From the NCBI GenBank assembly GCA_964016885.1, contig OZ024740.1:267282001-267346000 (forward strand): 64,000 nucleotides of DNA. Reading direction: 5' to 3'. The position numbers and the translations under genes were made by a program. This DNA comes from Eledone cirrhosa. Taxonomy: Eukaryota. Below the pieces are notes generated by a model that had not been told where the DNA came from, ran no database searches, and saw only the letters and a program-made list of their open reading frames with translations. Positions 51,439 to 64,000 of the stretch are shown in pieces. Each line of letters starts with the position of its first letter. Position 1 is the stretch's first letter.

Positions 51439-51654
51439 TACATATATATGCATACACACACACACTCTCATATATATATGTGTGTGTGTATGAGTGAGTG
51501 TCTGTTTACCTGACTGTATGTATTTATAAATTTATGTGTGTATGTATATTGGATGTATATTCATAAAAAAACAAAACAATATTTCCATTAAATTATACTT
51601 TCACATAATCACTCAAGTACACATGTATAACCAGACTCACATATGCTCATGTCT

Positions 51655-51944
51655 ACATAGATAAATACACACACATATCTACACAGATAGATACACACAG
51701 GATTATATACAAATATACACATTCACATAAGCCAAACACACACATACACACATGTATACAAATAGATAAACACAGGTTTACATACAAACACACATTCATA
51801 TAAGCCAGACACACACACATCTACATAGATAGATACACACAGGATTATATACAAACATACCTTCATATAAGCCACACACACACACACACGTCTACATAGA
51901 TAGATACAGACAGGATTATATACAAACATACACCTTCATATAAG

Positions 51945-51978
<34 letters not shown>

Positions 51979-52335
51979 CTACATAGATAGATACACACAG
52001 GATTATATACAAACATACCTTCATATAAGCCACACACACACGCGTCTACACAGATAGATACACACATGTTTATATACAAACATACACCTTCATATAAGAC
52101 ACACACACACACACGTCTACACAGATAGATACACACATGTTTATATACAAACATACACCTTCATATAAGACACACACACACACACGTCTACACAGATAGA
52201 TACACACAGGCTTATATACAAACATACACCTTCATATAAGCCACACACACACACACACACATCTACACAGATAGATACACACAGGTTTACATAGAAACAT
52301 ACACCTTCATATAAGGCAGACACATACACACACAC
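51655..52335. repeat. Minisatellite of about 9-10 units (65-85 bp) with variable (AC)n linker
   Basis: tctaca(c/t)agatagatacacacaggattatatacaaacatacaccttcatataagcc(ac)n repeated. Confidence 0.92.
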
Positions 52336-52872
52336 AAAGTTAACTCACACACGTATAGACGTCTATATTCAGATTTGTCTACATGCAGGTACGTTACATA
52401 GCTGGAAAAAATGTAATGATAAAAGAAGAAAAAAGGAAGATAAGGAAGAAGAAAGAAGAACAAATAAAAAGAAGGAGCTGAATATCCCTCATCTCATCCC
52501 GGTACTATTACAATCAGTCTTGTTAATCCAATTTAAAATCAATGAAGGACAAAGGAGAGTGAGAGCAAGAGGAATGGGTGTGAAGAGATCTTAAACAAAA
52601 ACTGTCTGCACTCATGTTGTCTGCTGAAAATAGGAAATCTATACTGAGTAATAACTGTTTCTCGGTCGGCTGTAGTGTGTGCAGTTTTATCAGCAATCTC
52701 GTCTTCCAAGGAAGAACTTTGCTGTCAGAATCAGGTTGTTCGTTCAAAGCAGGAACTTTTCTAAACAACCTGGGGAAGAATGTTTCACTGGTTTATCAAC
52801 TGGAAGCGGATAATGAGCTCATGCGATGCTGGTGGCATTTGGGAATTGGGATTACATGCTGTTGTGCATGTT

Positions 52873-52907
<35 letters not shown>

Positions 52908-54780
52908 ATAAGATAGTAAGATAAATAGTGATACAGATAGATTGATTGGTAGTTGTATACAGAGAGAGTCAAACTAAATAATAATTTGGGCAGGTACACA
53001 GAATTATGTATGTGTGAGTGTGTGAATATAGATAGAGTGTGTGAACATATATATAATTGACATACATACATATATATATATATATATATGCAAGTGTGGA
53101 ACAATGGACGTAAAAGGATGGTGACATATATATATATATATATATATATATACTTGAGTGTGTTTATGAGACAGTGTCTGTGTTTATTTATGTCTAGTAA
53201 TTTAGTGGTTCAACAAATAATGATCAATAAAATGTGTATGGGACTTTAAAAGCAAAACATGTAATGGGATCAATATAATTGACTAAAAATCTTGAAGGTA
53301 GGGTTTCATCATGGCTGCAGTCTATACTGAGATCAGTATATATATCATTTATGCTTGCTTCCTATGCTGTTATGGGTTGGATGGTTCATCATAGCCACAT
53401 ACTAGACAGGCAGGCTGGAAAACCAAGTTTTGCTCACATGTTCTCACAGTTTTTTTTATGACTGAATACCCTTCCTAATGCCAACCACTTTACTGAATGT
53501 ATTGGGTACATTTTTTCATAACATCAGCTCTACTACTTTTCTAGAGTGTACTAGGTGTATATTATTATGGTACCATAGTTATATATCATCATGATCATCA
53601 TTTTATGTTCAATTCCCATTCTGATATGTTTTTTTTTCAGGCTGGATGCTCTTTTTAATGCTTATCACTTTACAGAATGTATTGAGTACATTTTATCACG
53701 GCACCAGCACAACCAATTTACAGAGTACACTCGTTGAATGCTATGGTCATACCATGATTATATATCATCATCATTATCATTTTATATCTGTTTATCATTC
53801 TGGGTGGGTTGGACAGATGATCATGGATATCTATCTATATTGTGATGAGGAATATTCTTTAGAAAGATGACAAATATATCTACTGTTTGAATAACATTTC
53901 CATCAATAATTATCAAAATGACTGAAGTCTTTCACTGAGGGGCTATTTGGAGCCAACTTTTATGATTTCCAAACAATACTAAGCATAGATAACAAACATT
54001 GGTATATCTTATAGTAAACACATGAACACATTAAAGTTGTTTACTTAAGCAGCAGTGTAGGGGAAGGTGTTTAAAAAATATAACTAAAACAACAATACCC
54101 CAAAAATATGAATGAAAAAACAAAAAGAGGATAGTATAACTGTGCTATTTAGTTCATTTCTGACTAGGAATTCAATATTGAGAATGTTTATGATACTAAA
54201 GTCAATGTGATCAAATGAAGAGAGTTTTTAGCAAATACATTCTCAAAGTATTTTAAAGTAATATGATATAAAACAAAAGTTGCTGGTCAGCAATGTTGCC
54301 ATTACATAGAGGAATGGGATTGATTTGTACTTGCTTTGATCTTTCACTCATGAGGAAAAATTAAGGGAAAGCCTGAGTGAAAGAAAAAGAGACACAGCTA
54401 TACAGAGAGAGAGAGAGGGTGAAAAATGAAACAAGAGAAAAGTAAGGATAAGTAAAATGATATGTGTGTATGTGGTGGGGTTAAATAGGTGTGCTTTCAG
54501 ATTTAAAAATACATAGTTAACTATAAGTTTTTCATGCAAATGGTGTTCCTGGGCAATACTACCTCTAATATTTCTTTAAAGTTGTCATATCTATCAGTAT
54601 ATATTTGTTATCTCAGGGTCAAGTAAAAGTAGATGTAAAGACTATGCTTTGCTGAAGCAATCTAATGAGACTGAGAAACCCCCAGGGTTGTCATCATAGC
54701 GTTAAGGGCCCTATAAGTAAGCTGAGACTGTGATACAAGAACAATGATAATAATACCTCTCCTTAACTATTATCTTTTTA

Positions 54781-55095
54781 TAATTGTTTCTACTTTAGGC
54801 ACAAGGCCAGCAATTACCCAGTGCATTACTGGTACTTTATTTTATCGACCCCGTATAATGGTAAGTGGATATAGTTGACTCTTAAAACCATATTATATTA
54901 TGGTGGATTGGCAGTATCGGTAGAGGGTCGGACGCCATGCTATGCAGCAAAGAGTTACGGCCCTTGATGGTCTGAGTTCAAATCCTGCCGAGGTCAACTT
55001 TACCTTTCATCCTTACGGGGTCGATAAAATAAAGTACCAGTAATACACTAGGATAAGTGCTGGCCTTGTGCCAAAAGTAGAAACAATTATATTAT
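54781..55095. mobile_element. Inverted pair of main-family SINEs (minus 3' fragment 54781-54855, plus full copy 54901-55095)
   Basis: 54781-54855 is the near reverse complement of 55014-55089. Confidence 0.88.
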
Positions 55096-55159
55096 ATCAG
55101 GAAGCAGACAGGCATGGCTTAATGTTAAAGCAGTCTGATTCACAATCATCACAGCCTGG

Positions 55160-55882
55160 AATTTAACATCACAACATATCCAAGTGTATGATGATAGCCG
55201 AGGATTTAATATCACAACATCGTAACTTATCCAAGTGTATGATGATAGCAGGAGGAGGGGGGGGGTTAATAACACAACATCGTACCATATCCGTGTGTAA
55301 CATGATAGATGGGGATTTCATATAAAATGGTACCTTGTCCAAGTGTATCATGATAACCAGGGGCAGGTAATCTCACGACATGGTACCTTGTCCAAGTGTA
55401 TCATGATAATCAGGGGAAGGTAATCTCACAACATGGTACCTTGTCCAAGTGTATCATGATAGATGGGGGTTTAATATCACATGGTACCTTGTCCAAGTGT
55501 ATCATGATAAATGGGGGTTTAATATCACATGGTACCTTGTCCAAGTGTATCATAATAGATGGGGTTTAATGTAACATCGCACCTTGTCCAAGTGTATCAT
55601 GATAGCAGGGAGTTTAATATCACATGGTACCGTGTCCAAGTGTATGATAACCAGGGGGAGGTAATCTCACAACATGGTACCTTGTCCAAGTGTATCATGA
55701 TAGCAGGGAGTTTAATATCACATCATACCTTGTTCAAGTGTATCAGGATAACCGGGTGGGGGTTAGTATCACAGCATTGTACCTTATCCAAGTGTAACAT
55801 AACAGCCAGGTGATTGAGGGGTGGGTGGGTGGGTTAATTTCATGGTAACATTAAAAACACGGTACATTGTCCAAGTGTATTC
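55160..55882. repeat. Minisatellite, about 14 units of ~47-59 bp
   Basis: Conserved core CCTTGTCCAAGTGTATCATGATA with two interspersed G-rich linker variants. Confidence 0.92.
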
Positions 55883-56414
55883 TAGTATAGCCTTGGGTGG
55901 ATCTGAGCCACTGTATGTAGTAGATAGAAACCTGTAAAGCCCCTCCTGTTATACTAATTCTGTCTGAGGTTTTTGTTACTCATCTGTACAGTACTCATCC
56001 ATGTACACTATAATACATGTAGGTTGTGTTGGTGTTAGAATAACAGGGATATTAATTCTCTGAACCATCGATTAACTCAAATTTCTAATGAAAAACTCTG
56101 CCTATGATTTTCAAATAAGTTTAAAAATAATCAAGAATTTTTAAAGATTTAGTAAAATAACTAACTTAGTTAGTTATTTAATAAAATAACTAACTTTCAT
56201 ATTAATAAGCTGGTGTTTGGAATATAACCCAACAAAGATTCTTACATAAAATTATGATGGAAGTTTTTAAAAAATAAATATAAACATTTTAAAACAAACA
56301 GTTTTGTATCATAGAACCAAGGTGGGTCGGTTTCAGGCAGCTTGGTATCAAAAAGGTCAATATTATTTAAACAAAGTATGAATAAGAAACCTGATAAAGT
56401 TTGTTGATAAAATT

Positions 56415-56458
<44 letters not shown>

Positions 56459-56692
56459 GAGAGAGAGAGAGAGGGAGAGAGAGAGAGAAAAGCAACAATG
56501 TAAAATGTATGAAGTTTATGATTAAAATATGAAGACAACATGTGTAGGAAACATGGAACTTATCTGAACAAAGAGGTTTGTATTTCGCAAAAAAGATGAT
56601 CTGAATAAATATCTGTTTAAAACTTCCAATGTTGACATGTTGTTTTTCACAGAATGTACTCATCAGTCTGAAGAAGTTTGGAGAAAGAAGAA

Positions 56693-56737
56693 ACTTACCT
56701 AGAAAGAAAGAAAGAAAAAAAAAGAAAAAATGTAAGT
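56693..56737 (-). promoter_or_regulatory. Candidate recursive splice site (zero-length exon) in the long junctophilin intron
   Basis: Minus strand: CTTAC (yTnAy), ~30-nt pure pyrimidine tract, then TAG|GTAAGT; junction between 56699 and 56698. Confidence 0.5.
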
Positions 56738-57012
56738 ATATATTTATTTGAATGGAAAATATACATAGAAAATATATTGAAAATATTTTGTAAACATACA
56801 AGGAAACAGTGAAAAAAACATTCTCCAAGATAGCACTTCCAATCTATCTAGACTGCAGTCAACATCCTAACATATTTAATGATTCAAGTCTCCTTCTAAC
56901 TTTCAGCTATAACACAGAATTGTGCCAAAAAAAAAAAGATAGCAAATCTATATATGAGATGGAAAAATTTTCTATAAAATGTTAACAACAAGAACAAAAA
57001 TAATAATAAAAA

Positions 57013-57792
57013 TAATGATTTCTAATTTTGGCACAAGGGCAGCAATTATATCGATTACAGTACATGACTGGTACTTTATTTTATTGATCTTGAAATGATG
57101 AAAGGTAAAGATAACATCACCATCAGCAGGATTTGAACTCAGAACTGAGAAAGGCACAGTTAAATACAACAATGGCATTTTATTAGATGCTCTACCAATT
57201 CTGCAAAACCACCTCCTTATAAAAAAAGTAATGATTTCTGATTTAGGCACAATTTTGGGGGAGGGAAAAGTTGATTAAATTAACCCTAATGCATTACTGA
57301 TACTTTATTTTATCGACCTGTAAGGATAAAAGGAAAAGCTAACCTCAGCTTGATTTGAACTCAGATCATAAAGAACCATAACTAATATTGCTAAACATCT
57401 GTTTGATACTATAATCTACAGTAATAATTGTTTCTACTTTTGGCACAAGGCCAGCAATTACCCAGTACATTACTGGTACTTTATTTTATCGACCCCGTAA
57501 GGATGAAAGGCAAAGTTAACCTCAGCAGGATTTGAACTCAGACCGTAAAGGGACGTATCAATGCTGGAAAGCATGGCGTCCGACTCTCTACCGATACTGC
57601 CAGTTCACCGACCAGAGTAATAATAATAATAATGGTTTCTTATATAAGCACAAGGCCAGCAATTTTTTGGGGAGGGAAAAGTCGATGAAATTGACGCCAG
57701 TGCGTGACTGGTACTTTATTTTATCGACCCCGTGAGGATGAAAGGCAAAGCATGGCGTCCCACCCTCTACCGATACTGCCAATCCACCGCCC
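57013..57792 (-). mobile_element. Cluster of four head-to-tail SINE copies
   Basis: Tail motif restarts at ~57015, 57230, 57423 and 57632. Confidence 0.85.
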
Positions 57793-57831
<39 letters not shown>

Positions 57832-57859
57832 TGATGATAATGATGATGATGATGATGAA

Positions 57860-58600
57860 AATAAAATGGACCGAAAGTTGCAGCTCAAGACCAAAGCCTC
57901 CCAACCAGAAATCATCTGAAATGCATAATGAAAAAGAACATAGTGAGTAAATGCAGAAAATTTAGAAGTGGGGAAGAAACTATTAACCACAATATCTCAG
58001 GCTACCCAGTCTTAACCAAAAAGGAATACATTCACAGACATGATAGAGTAGGGACCTACATACATTGGAAATTATGCCAACACTATGGCTTACCCACAGA
58101 CAAAAGATATTACAAACACACATCAGAAAAGGAATCGGAGAATGACAGAGCAGCCATTCTTTCAGATTTGCCAATACATACAGATGGAGTTCGAAGCAAA
58201 CTGACCAGAAATTATAGTCAAAGATTACAAAAAATGTCTCCTGAATGATGAATCAATCCCAACTGATGACAACATTTCTACCAAGGAAATAGTGGAACTC
58301 TCTAAATATAAAGATCTAGAGATAGAAATAACGTGAATGTGGATGTTGAAGACAGAAACAATACCTATAATTATAGGTACTCTGGGAATGGTAAAAAAGT
58401 ACACAGACAGATAAATAACCAAAACTGCAGGACTCACCAATATATACAACATACAAAAGATAGCACTACTAGGCACCGCACACATATTATGAAGTGTACT
58501 CTCAATACAATAGAACAAACACCACCAAAAACCACACTGCACATACCTAAGGTGCACAGAGCTGTGCTCGGTAATGCAGTAATAATACACAAAATAATAA
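57860..58600 (+). mobile_element. R4/Dong-clade non-LTR retrotransposon 3' remnant (zinc knuckle + restriction-like endonuclease)
   Basis: KCRKF...ETINHNISG...KEYIHRHDRVGTYIHW, LPIHTD, PEIIVKD, SKYKDLEIEI, IPIIIGTLGMV, IQKIALLGTAHI; flanked by (TAA)n, the known Dong target type. Confidence 0.85.
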
Positions 58601-58974
58601 TAATTGTTTCTACTTTTGGCACAAGGCCAGCAATTACTGGTACTTTATTTTATCGATCCCGTAAGGATAAAAGGCAAAGTTAACCTCAGCAGGATTTGAA
58701 CTCAGACCGTAAAGGGACGTATCAATGCTGGAAAGCATGGCGTCCGACTCTCTACCGATACTGTCAATCCACTGCCCTAATAATAATGATAATAATAATT
58801 GTTTCTACTTTTGGCACAAGGCCAGCAATTATCTCAGTACATTACTGGTACTTTATTTTATCGACCCCGTAAGGATGAAAGGCAAAGTTAACCTCGGCGG
58901 GATTTGAACTCAGACCGTAAAGGGCCGTAACTAGGCTGCAAAGCATGGTGTCCGACTCTCTACCGATACTGCCA
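58598..58974 (-). mobile_element. Two tandem main-family SINE copies
   Basis: Tail-to-head copies starting at ~58600 and ~58792. Confidence 0.88.
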
Positions 58975-60254
58975 AAATAATAAATGCTAAAGGAGATAAA
59001 TGCATGTATATACTCTTGAAAAGGTGAAGAAGCTAAAAAATATATGTAAGTTTCAAAGAGTGCATGTAATTTCCTTTCTAAAAATCTTAAAACTTGTTTA
59101 TGATGATTAATTACTAATGTTACCACTGAAATGATATTGATTGTGAATTTCTATACAGCATGGTTTAAGTAAATGTTAAAAAAACCTCCAACAAATAAAG
59201 CAAAGGTAATGACAAAGGAGAATGAATGATTGCCAAATATTGCAACACCTTCAATAGATTCATAACATTAACATCTTTGAAAGTGAAAATAAATTGAGAA
59301 AGTTCTTGGTTCATCTTGAGAGAGGTTTTCACTTTAATCTTGGTAAGTAGGCATGGGAAGAATGCCAGTCTCATCACAAGAGCTGTTGAGGAAAATGTTA
59401 CAAATCAAGGATTCAAAAGGAATACTAGTCTGACCTTTCCCAACGTATAGAGAGACAATTGAAATAATGTCAATGCATAAACACTCACACACAGACACAT
59501 GCACACACACACACACACACACACAGACACATGCACACACACACAACCATGCACATATGCTTTTCAACTGAGATTATAGTTAACCTTTGCCTTTATTTTA
59601 TGGATATCACTAATCAATTATGCAAAACGAATCTGTAAACACCAGACAGTTGTTGAATATGCTATGATAAGGAACTAGTCCTGGCTTTTGTGTTGCATTA
59701 ATACTTGATTTCTATAAAGAGAGATATTTATCTCTTCATAATACACTATAAAACCAGCTATAAAGATATTGTTAAGACTGGCTTCAATATGTTTTTCTTT
59801 CTTCTTATCAAGATTGCAATTTTCCTTTCATGTGCTTCTAGATGATTGCTGTCTGGGATCTAGTCAACAATTTAGAGACAATGAACTTTTGCTGAGAAGA
59901 AAATTAGACACCTATTATCCTTTGCTTGGCGAGCTGCTTCTGAGGAGTTATTAGATTAAGATCAGCAATCAAAACAGATTAACTTTTGATAAATGACTGG
60001 AGTATAATCGGAAGGAAATTGATGATCAATTCTGCTCTGAAAATTGTTTTCATAGAAACAACAATAGCCCTTAAATTACGATAACATCAACAGCCCTTAT
60101 GCTTGTACAAGAACAATCATCCTTAAACTAGAACTACAATAACCACCTGTAAGTTAGTTGAAAACACATATGAAATAAAATTTCAATTAGAAATTATTAT
60201 ATATCCTTGTTTGTTAATTTGTATAGTCAGCCTGGGTGGACTTTGGGGTTAAGG

Positions 60255-61246
60255 TGGAATCCAACTTCAGATTAGTAAATAGTGTTCTGTCAGACAATCA
60301 AAACCATTCAATGTGGGAGCCAGACTCTGCCAAGGGTGCATACTGTAACCTCTCCTGTTCATTATTTTCATGAACAGGATTGACATGCACAGCGAGGTTG
60401 GAAGTGATATCATGACTGGTGGGTGTAAAATCAGTCGGCTGGAATTTGCAGACGACATGGTGTTACTAAACTTGACAGAAGGTGATCTCTGACTTGCATT
60501 TGATAAGTTTGATGCCGAGTGCTGCATGGCTGAAATGAAAATCAGTGCTGCAAAAACTGAGACACTTGTCCTCTTAAGGAAGCCTGCGCAGTGCACTCTA
60601 CATGTGAATGGAGTTCCTCTGAACCAGATAGAGAAGTTCAAGTGATGGATGGCAGGAGGCTGAATTAAGTGCAACAATTGCAGGAGCTGGTGTAGTAATG
60701 CACCAGCTTCAGCATTCAGTAATCAAAAGAAGGGAGGTAGACATAAAAGCCAAACTCGCTAACTTCAATTCTGTATTTGTGCCAACACTTACTTATGGTC
60801 ATGAATCTTGGGTAATGACAGAAAGAATACGATTGCGAATACAAGCAGCCAAAATGGGGTTCCTTCGATGGGTCTTTGGAGTAACGTTACTTGATAGAGT
60901 ACATAGCTCAGAGATCATAGAGTCACACCAGGTTAAGCCACTACTTCTTCAAATTGAGAGATCACAGCTCCAATACTATGTATGGGCATGGGGTTTAGAA
61001 TGTCTTAGGAAGAAATCACTGAACAGATTTTATGGACAAAACCAACCAGCAGGAGATCCAGCAATAGACCCTGTGCAAGATGGCTGGATAACATCCATGA
61101 GCTTGGCTGGTCTTGCTTGGAGATTCAGCTAGATCAATTGGAGATGGTTGCTTCTAACAGGACCCGCTGGAAGGAGTGTTTGAGAACTCTGCCCCCATGA
61201 CCCTCTCAGGAATAAGTGGACAAAGAAGAAGACAAAAAGAAGAAGC
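60255..61246 (+). mobile_element. Degraded RTE family D (Expander/Rex3-like), RT to 3' end
   Basis: LCQGCIL*PLLFIIFMNRI, LEFADDMVLL, MKISAAKTE, FVPTLTYGHESWVMTERIR; (GAA)n tail. Confidence 0.88.
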
Positions 61247-62188
61247 CTATGGAGATCACAATCACCATCATTGACTAGTTAGTCTTAATTTTATCATAGG
61301 TACACAATCTTCTTTTAACCACTTGGATATCATTTCCCTACTATTCACACTCCTGGTCACTTATTCCTTGAAAGAATGATGACCACCAAGCAGGGGGTTA
61401 AGGGAATTTCTTTAGTGTTGGTTCTATGATAAAGTATACACAATACACCCTGTAAAGTGATTGGCAATTAAACAGACACCACAAAGTTTAGAGAGGACTC
61501 TTTAGTATTGCTTAAAACATCGAAAACTCTCTAGTGCAGGTCTCATGATAAACAGCCTCCATAATTTTTTTTTTCTTTTGAAAAATTATTTTATTTCAAA
61601 ATACTCAAATATATTCCTAGGATATAATTGCATCAAAATAATAAAGAATTTAATATTTAGTCAAAGGCATAGAAAAAAAAAAGTAATATTGGAAAGGACT
61701 ATAAAGGCTATGAATGAGAGGAAAAGGAAAGAGCAATTAAAGAAAGAGAGGTGTTATGGCTGTGTCCCGCAGACAAAATGGCAAAAGCATTTCTGTGGAC
61801 AATATCCAATGGCACCTGCTGCAACAGCCACCCCACCTCGCAGGGCTCCTTCCTTAGATGGGATGCTGTTATTCCAGTTGGTGTTATGAAGAACATCTTG
61901 CCATAGAAACCATATAAAATTGAAATGTAAATGTGAGACATGGTCCTCTGGCCTGTTTAGCAGGGCAGTATGAGAATTGGATTGGACTCCTCCAACCCAT
62001 GCCAGCTTGAAAAGCAAATGTAAAATGATGATGATAATGAGGTTAAAAAAACTGCCCATTTTCCCATGTCTCTATACCTTGTCTATTCATCTGTTAAAAG
62101 TTAATATCTTCAAGTTTAATTACTTCAAGAACTAATTACTTCATTAAAATACTCCATTGGCTAATCTCTTTCCCCAGAAAGTGCATGT

Positions 62189-62233
<45 letters not shown>

Positions 62234-62820
62234 GTGTATATATGTATATATGTGTACATGTGTATGTGTGTGTGTGTGTGTGTGTGTTTGTGCACGCGTG
62301 TGTATGTATGTTATTGGTAGAATCCAGAAATTTAGAAATAATTGCAGGATAATCAAATGATACATAAAATTATGATAAATATTTAAAATAAAAAAATAAA
62401 AATTCTTTAATTGAAGCAAGAAATTGACACGTTTTTATATTAAAATGTTTTAACTCATTAAAAACTGGTTTGGTTTTAAATTAACTTAGAATTTAGTGAT
62501 AACAAAGGAATCCAGTTGTTAAATATATATTTAAAATAATAAAATAAAACAAATATATCTTTAATATTAATTTAATATTATTTTAAAATGTCAGCATAGT
62601 GGTGGCAGGGGAGTAAATTGTAAAGAGAGTGCACATAAAGTATGTAAAAAAAATGGCAAAAAATGGCAAAAAAAAAATCAGAATATAGTGTGGAATTTTA
62701 GTAAATTACATGATAAACTAGTTTGAAAACTTTTTAATTATTTTATCCTGAAATTCATATGAATAAAAAATGAACTCAATATAAGAATCAGGAAAAAAAA
62801 AACTAAGAAGAATTGGGAAC

Positions 62821-63012
62821 AATAATTGTTTCTACTTTTGGCACAAGCCAAGCAATTACCCAGTACATTACTGGTACTTTATTTTATCAACTCCGTAAGG
62901 ATGAAAGGCAAAGTTGACCTCGGCAGGATTTGAACTCAGAATGGAAAGGGCCGTAATTCTATATGTCAAAAGCATGACGTCCGACCCTCTACCGATACTG
63001 CCAATCCACCGG
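62821..63012 (-). mobile_element. Main-family SINE, full length
   Basis: aataattgtttctacttttggcacaag ... ctctaccgatactgccaatccacc. Confidence 0.88.
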
Positions 63013-64000
63013 GGAACAATAATATGTGAACTAGAGGGATTCAGAAATAGTTTGGTTAGGCATCGAAGAAGCAAGAATGTGACTTGTTGAGAAGAGTGAT
63101 GAAAATGAATGTGGAAGGAAGTAGAGAAAGACCAAGCAAGCTATGGTTTGAAATGATTTATGAGGAAATGAAAGTCAGAGGACTGATGAGGAGGGGTGGG
63201 GTCGATCTTAAAATCTTGTTTTCATAAAAAATTGAGACTTCAAAGATTTAAACTTTTCTGATACAAATTAGTATTCTGGAAAATATTCTATGTACAGAAA
63301 ATTCAACTTTCATGATGGTTAATATTTTAACATGAAGCATACAAAGAAAAATCTTTTAAAGGTTCAACTTTGGTCTTCATAGCTAGAATCAGATAATCCT
63401 TGGTTAAATTAGAGGAATGTTGGCTTAGAGGAATGTTGCAAAGAAATGATTCCATGTCACCTTCACCACATTTTTCTATCATACACAATGATATTTTCTC
63501 TCACCAAAGTGTTTTAAAAAGTTGTTTTGCTTTTAACATTGAGTTAAACTGTAGAATAAGACCAAACAAATACCAGCTTACCTAGTGTCTGATCAACTTA
63601 GTTTTTGCAAAATATATGATGCATCTTAACACTTACAGGCAAAGAAAAATATTATATTCTCGTACAATGGTTTTAATATTTTCATAAAGTCCCTTTAATG
63701 CAGCATATGTATCTGCCAAATTTGCCATTTTTCTAATGCAGTGATGCAAGAAAAAAAAAAGAAGAAAAAAATGCATTTATGATTGTTATGACTTAAAAAT
63801 TTGAAAAGTAGTTCAATGATTTTATTTCTTAAATTTTGCTTACATATATTGAAGCATGCAAAGCTATAGTCTAAATGCATTGAAATATCTAATATTGGAA
63901 TTAAATCCGTTCTTGTTTTCAAACTTTTAAATACTTATTCTTCATATAGCTATTCAGAATGTTACTAACAAAAGTAGATTAAAAATGGAGAGAAAATTCC

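Noticed and set aside
52523-52916. Overlapping 81-aa and 100-aa ORFs as a junctophilin upstream exon
   Set aside because: No MORN or GGRFDFDDGG-like sequence and no recognisable domain.
55160-55882. CRISPR-like repeat-spacer appearance
   Set aside because: Spacers are homologous to each other, repeats decay at both edges, there are no cas genes and the context is eukaryotic; it is a minisatellite.
63575-63595. TAG|GTAAGC on the minus strand
   Set aside because: No polypyrimidine tract, and the upstream sequence does not encode junctophilin N-terminal MORN repeats.

Overview
AT-rich, microsatellite-dense eukaryotic DNA. The repeat landscape (RTE LINEs, tRNA-derived SINEs, (TA)n/(GAT)n arrays) suggests an octopod cephalopod, but that is inference. 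One host coding exon is supported: an 802-nt minus-strand junctophilin exon (19493-20294) with MORN repeats, a TACTAAC branch point and canonical splice sites. I found no other exon, so the window is probably two very long introns (>19 kb and >43 kb). They hold at least four RTE-clade LINE families (one young 5'-truncated copy with an unbroken 869-codon ORF carrying a PHD finger), an R4/Dong-type remnant, a Tigger/pogo remnant, mariner- and hAT-like MITEs, over 20 SINE copies and several minisatellites. Most notable: a candidate recursive-splicing site at 56699/56698; a ~670-bp foldback with a double-octamer palindrome and a templated patch; a twin-priming inversion in an RTE; decayed tandem hammerhead motifs; and a perfect 63-bp hairpin near the exon. 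All calls were made by eye, and boundaries of degraded repeats are approximate.
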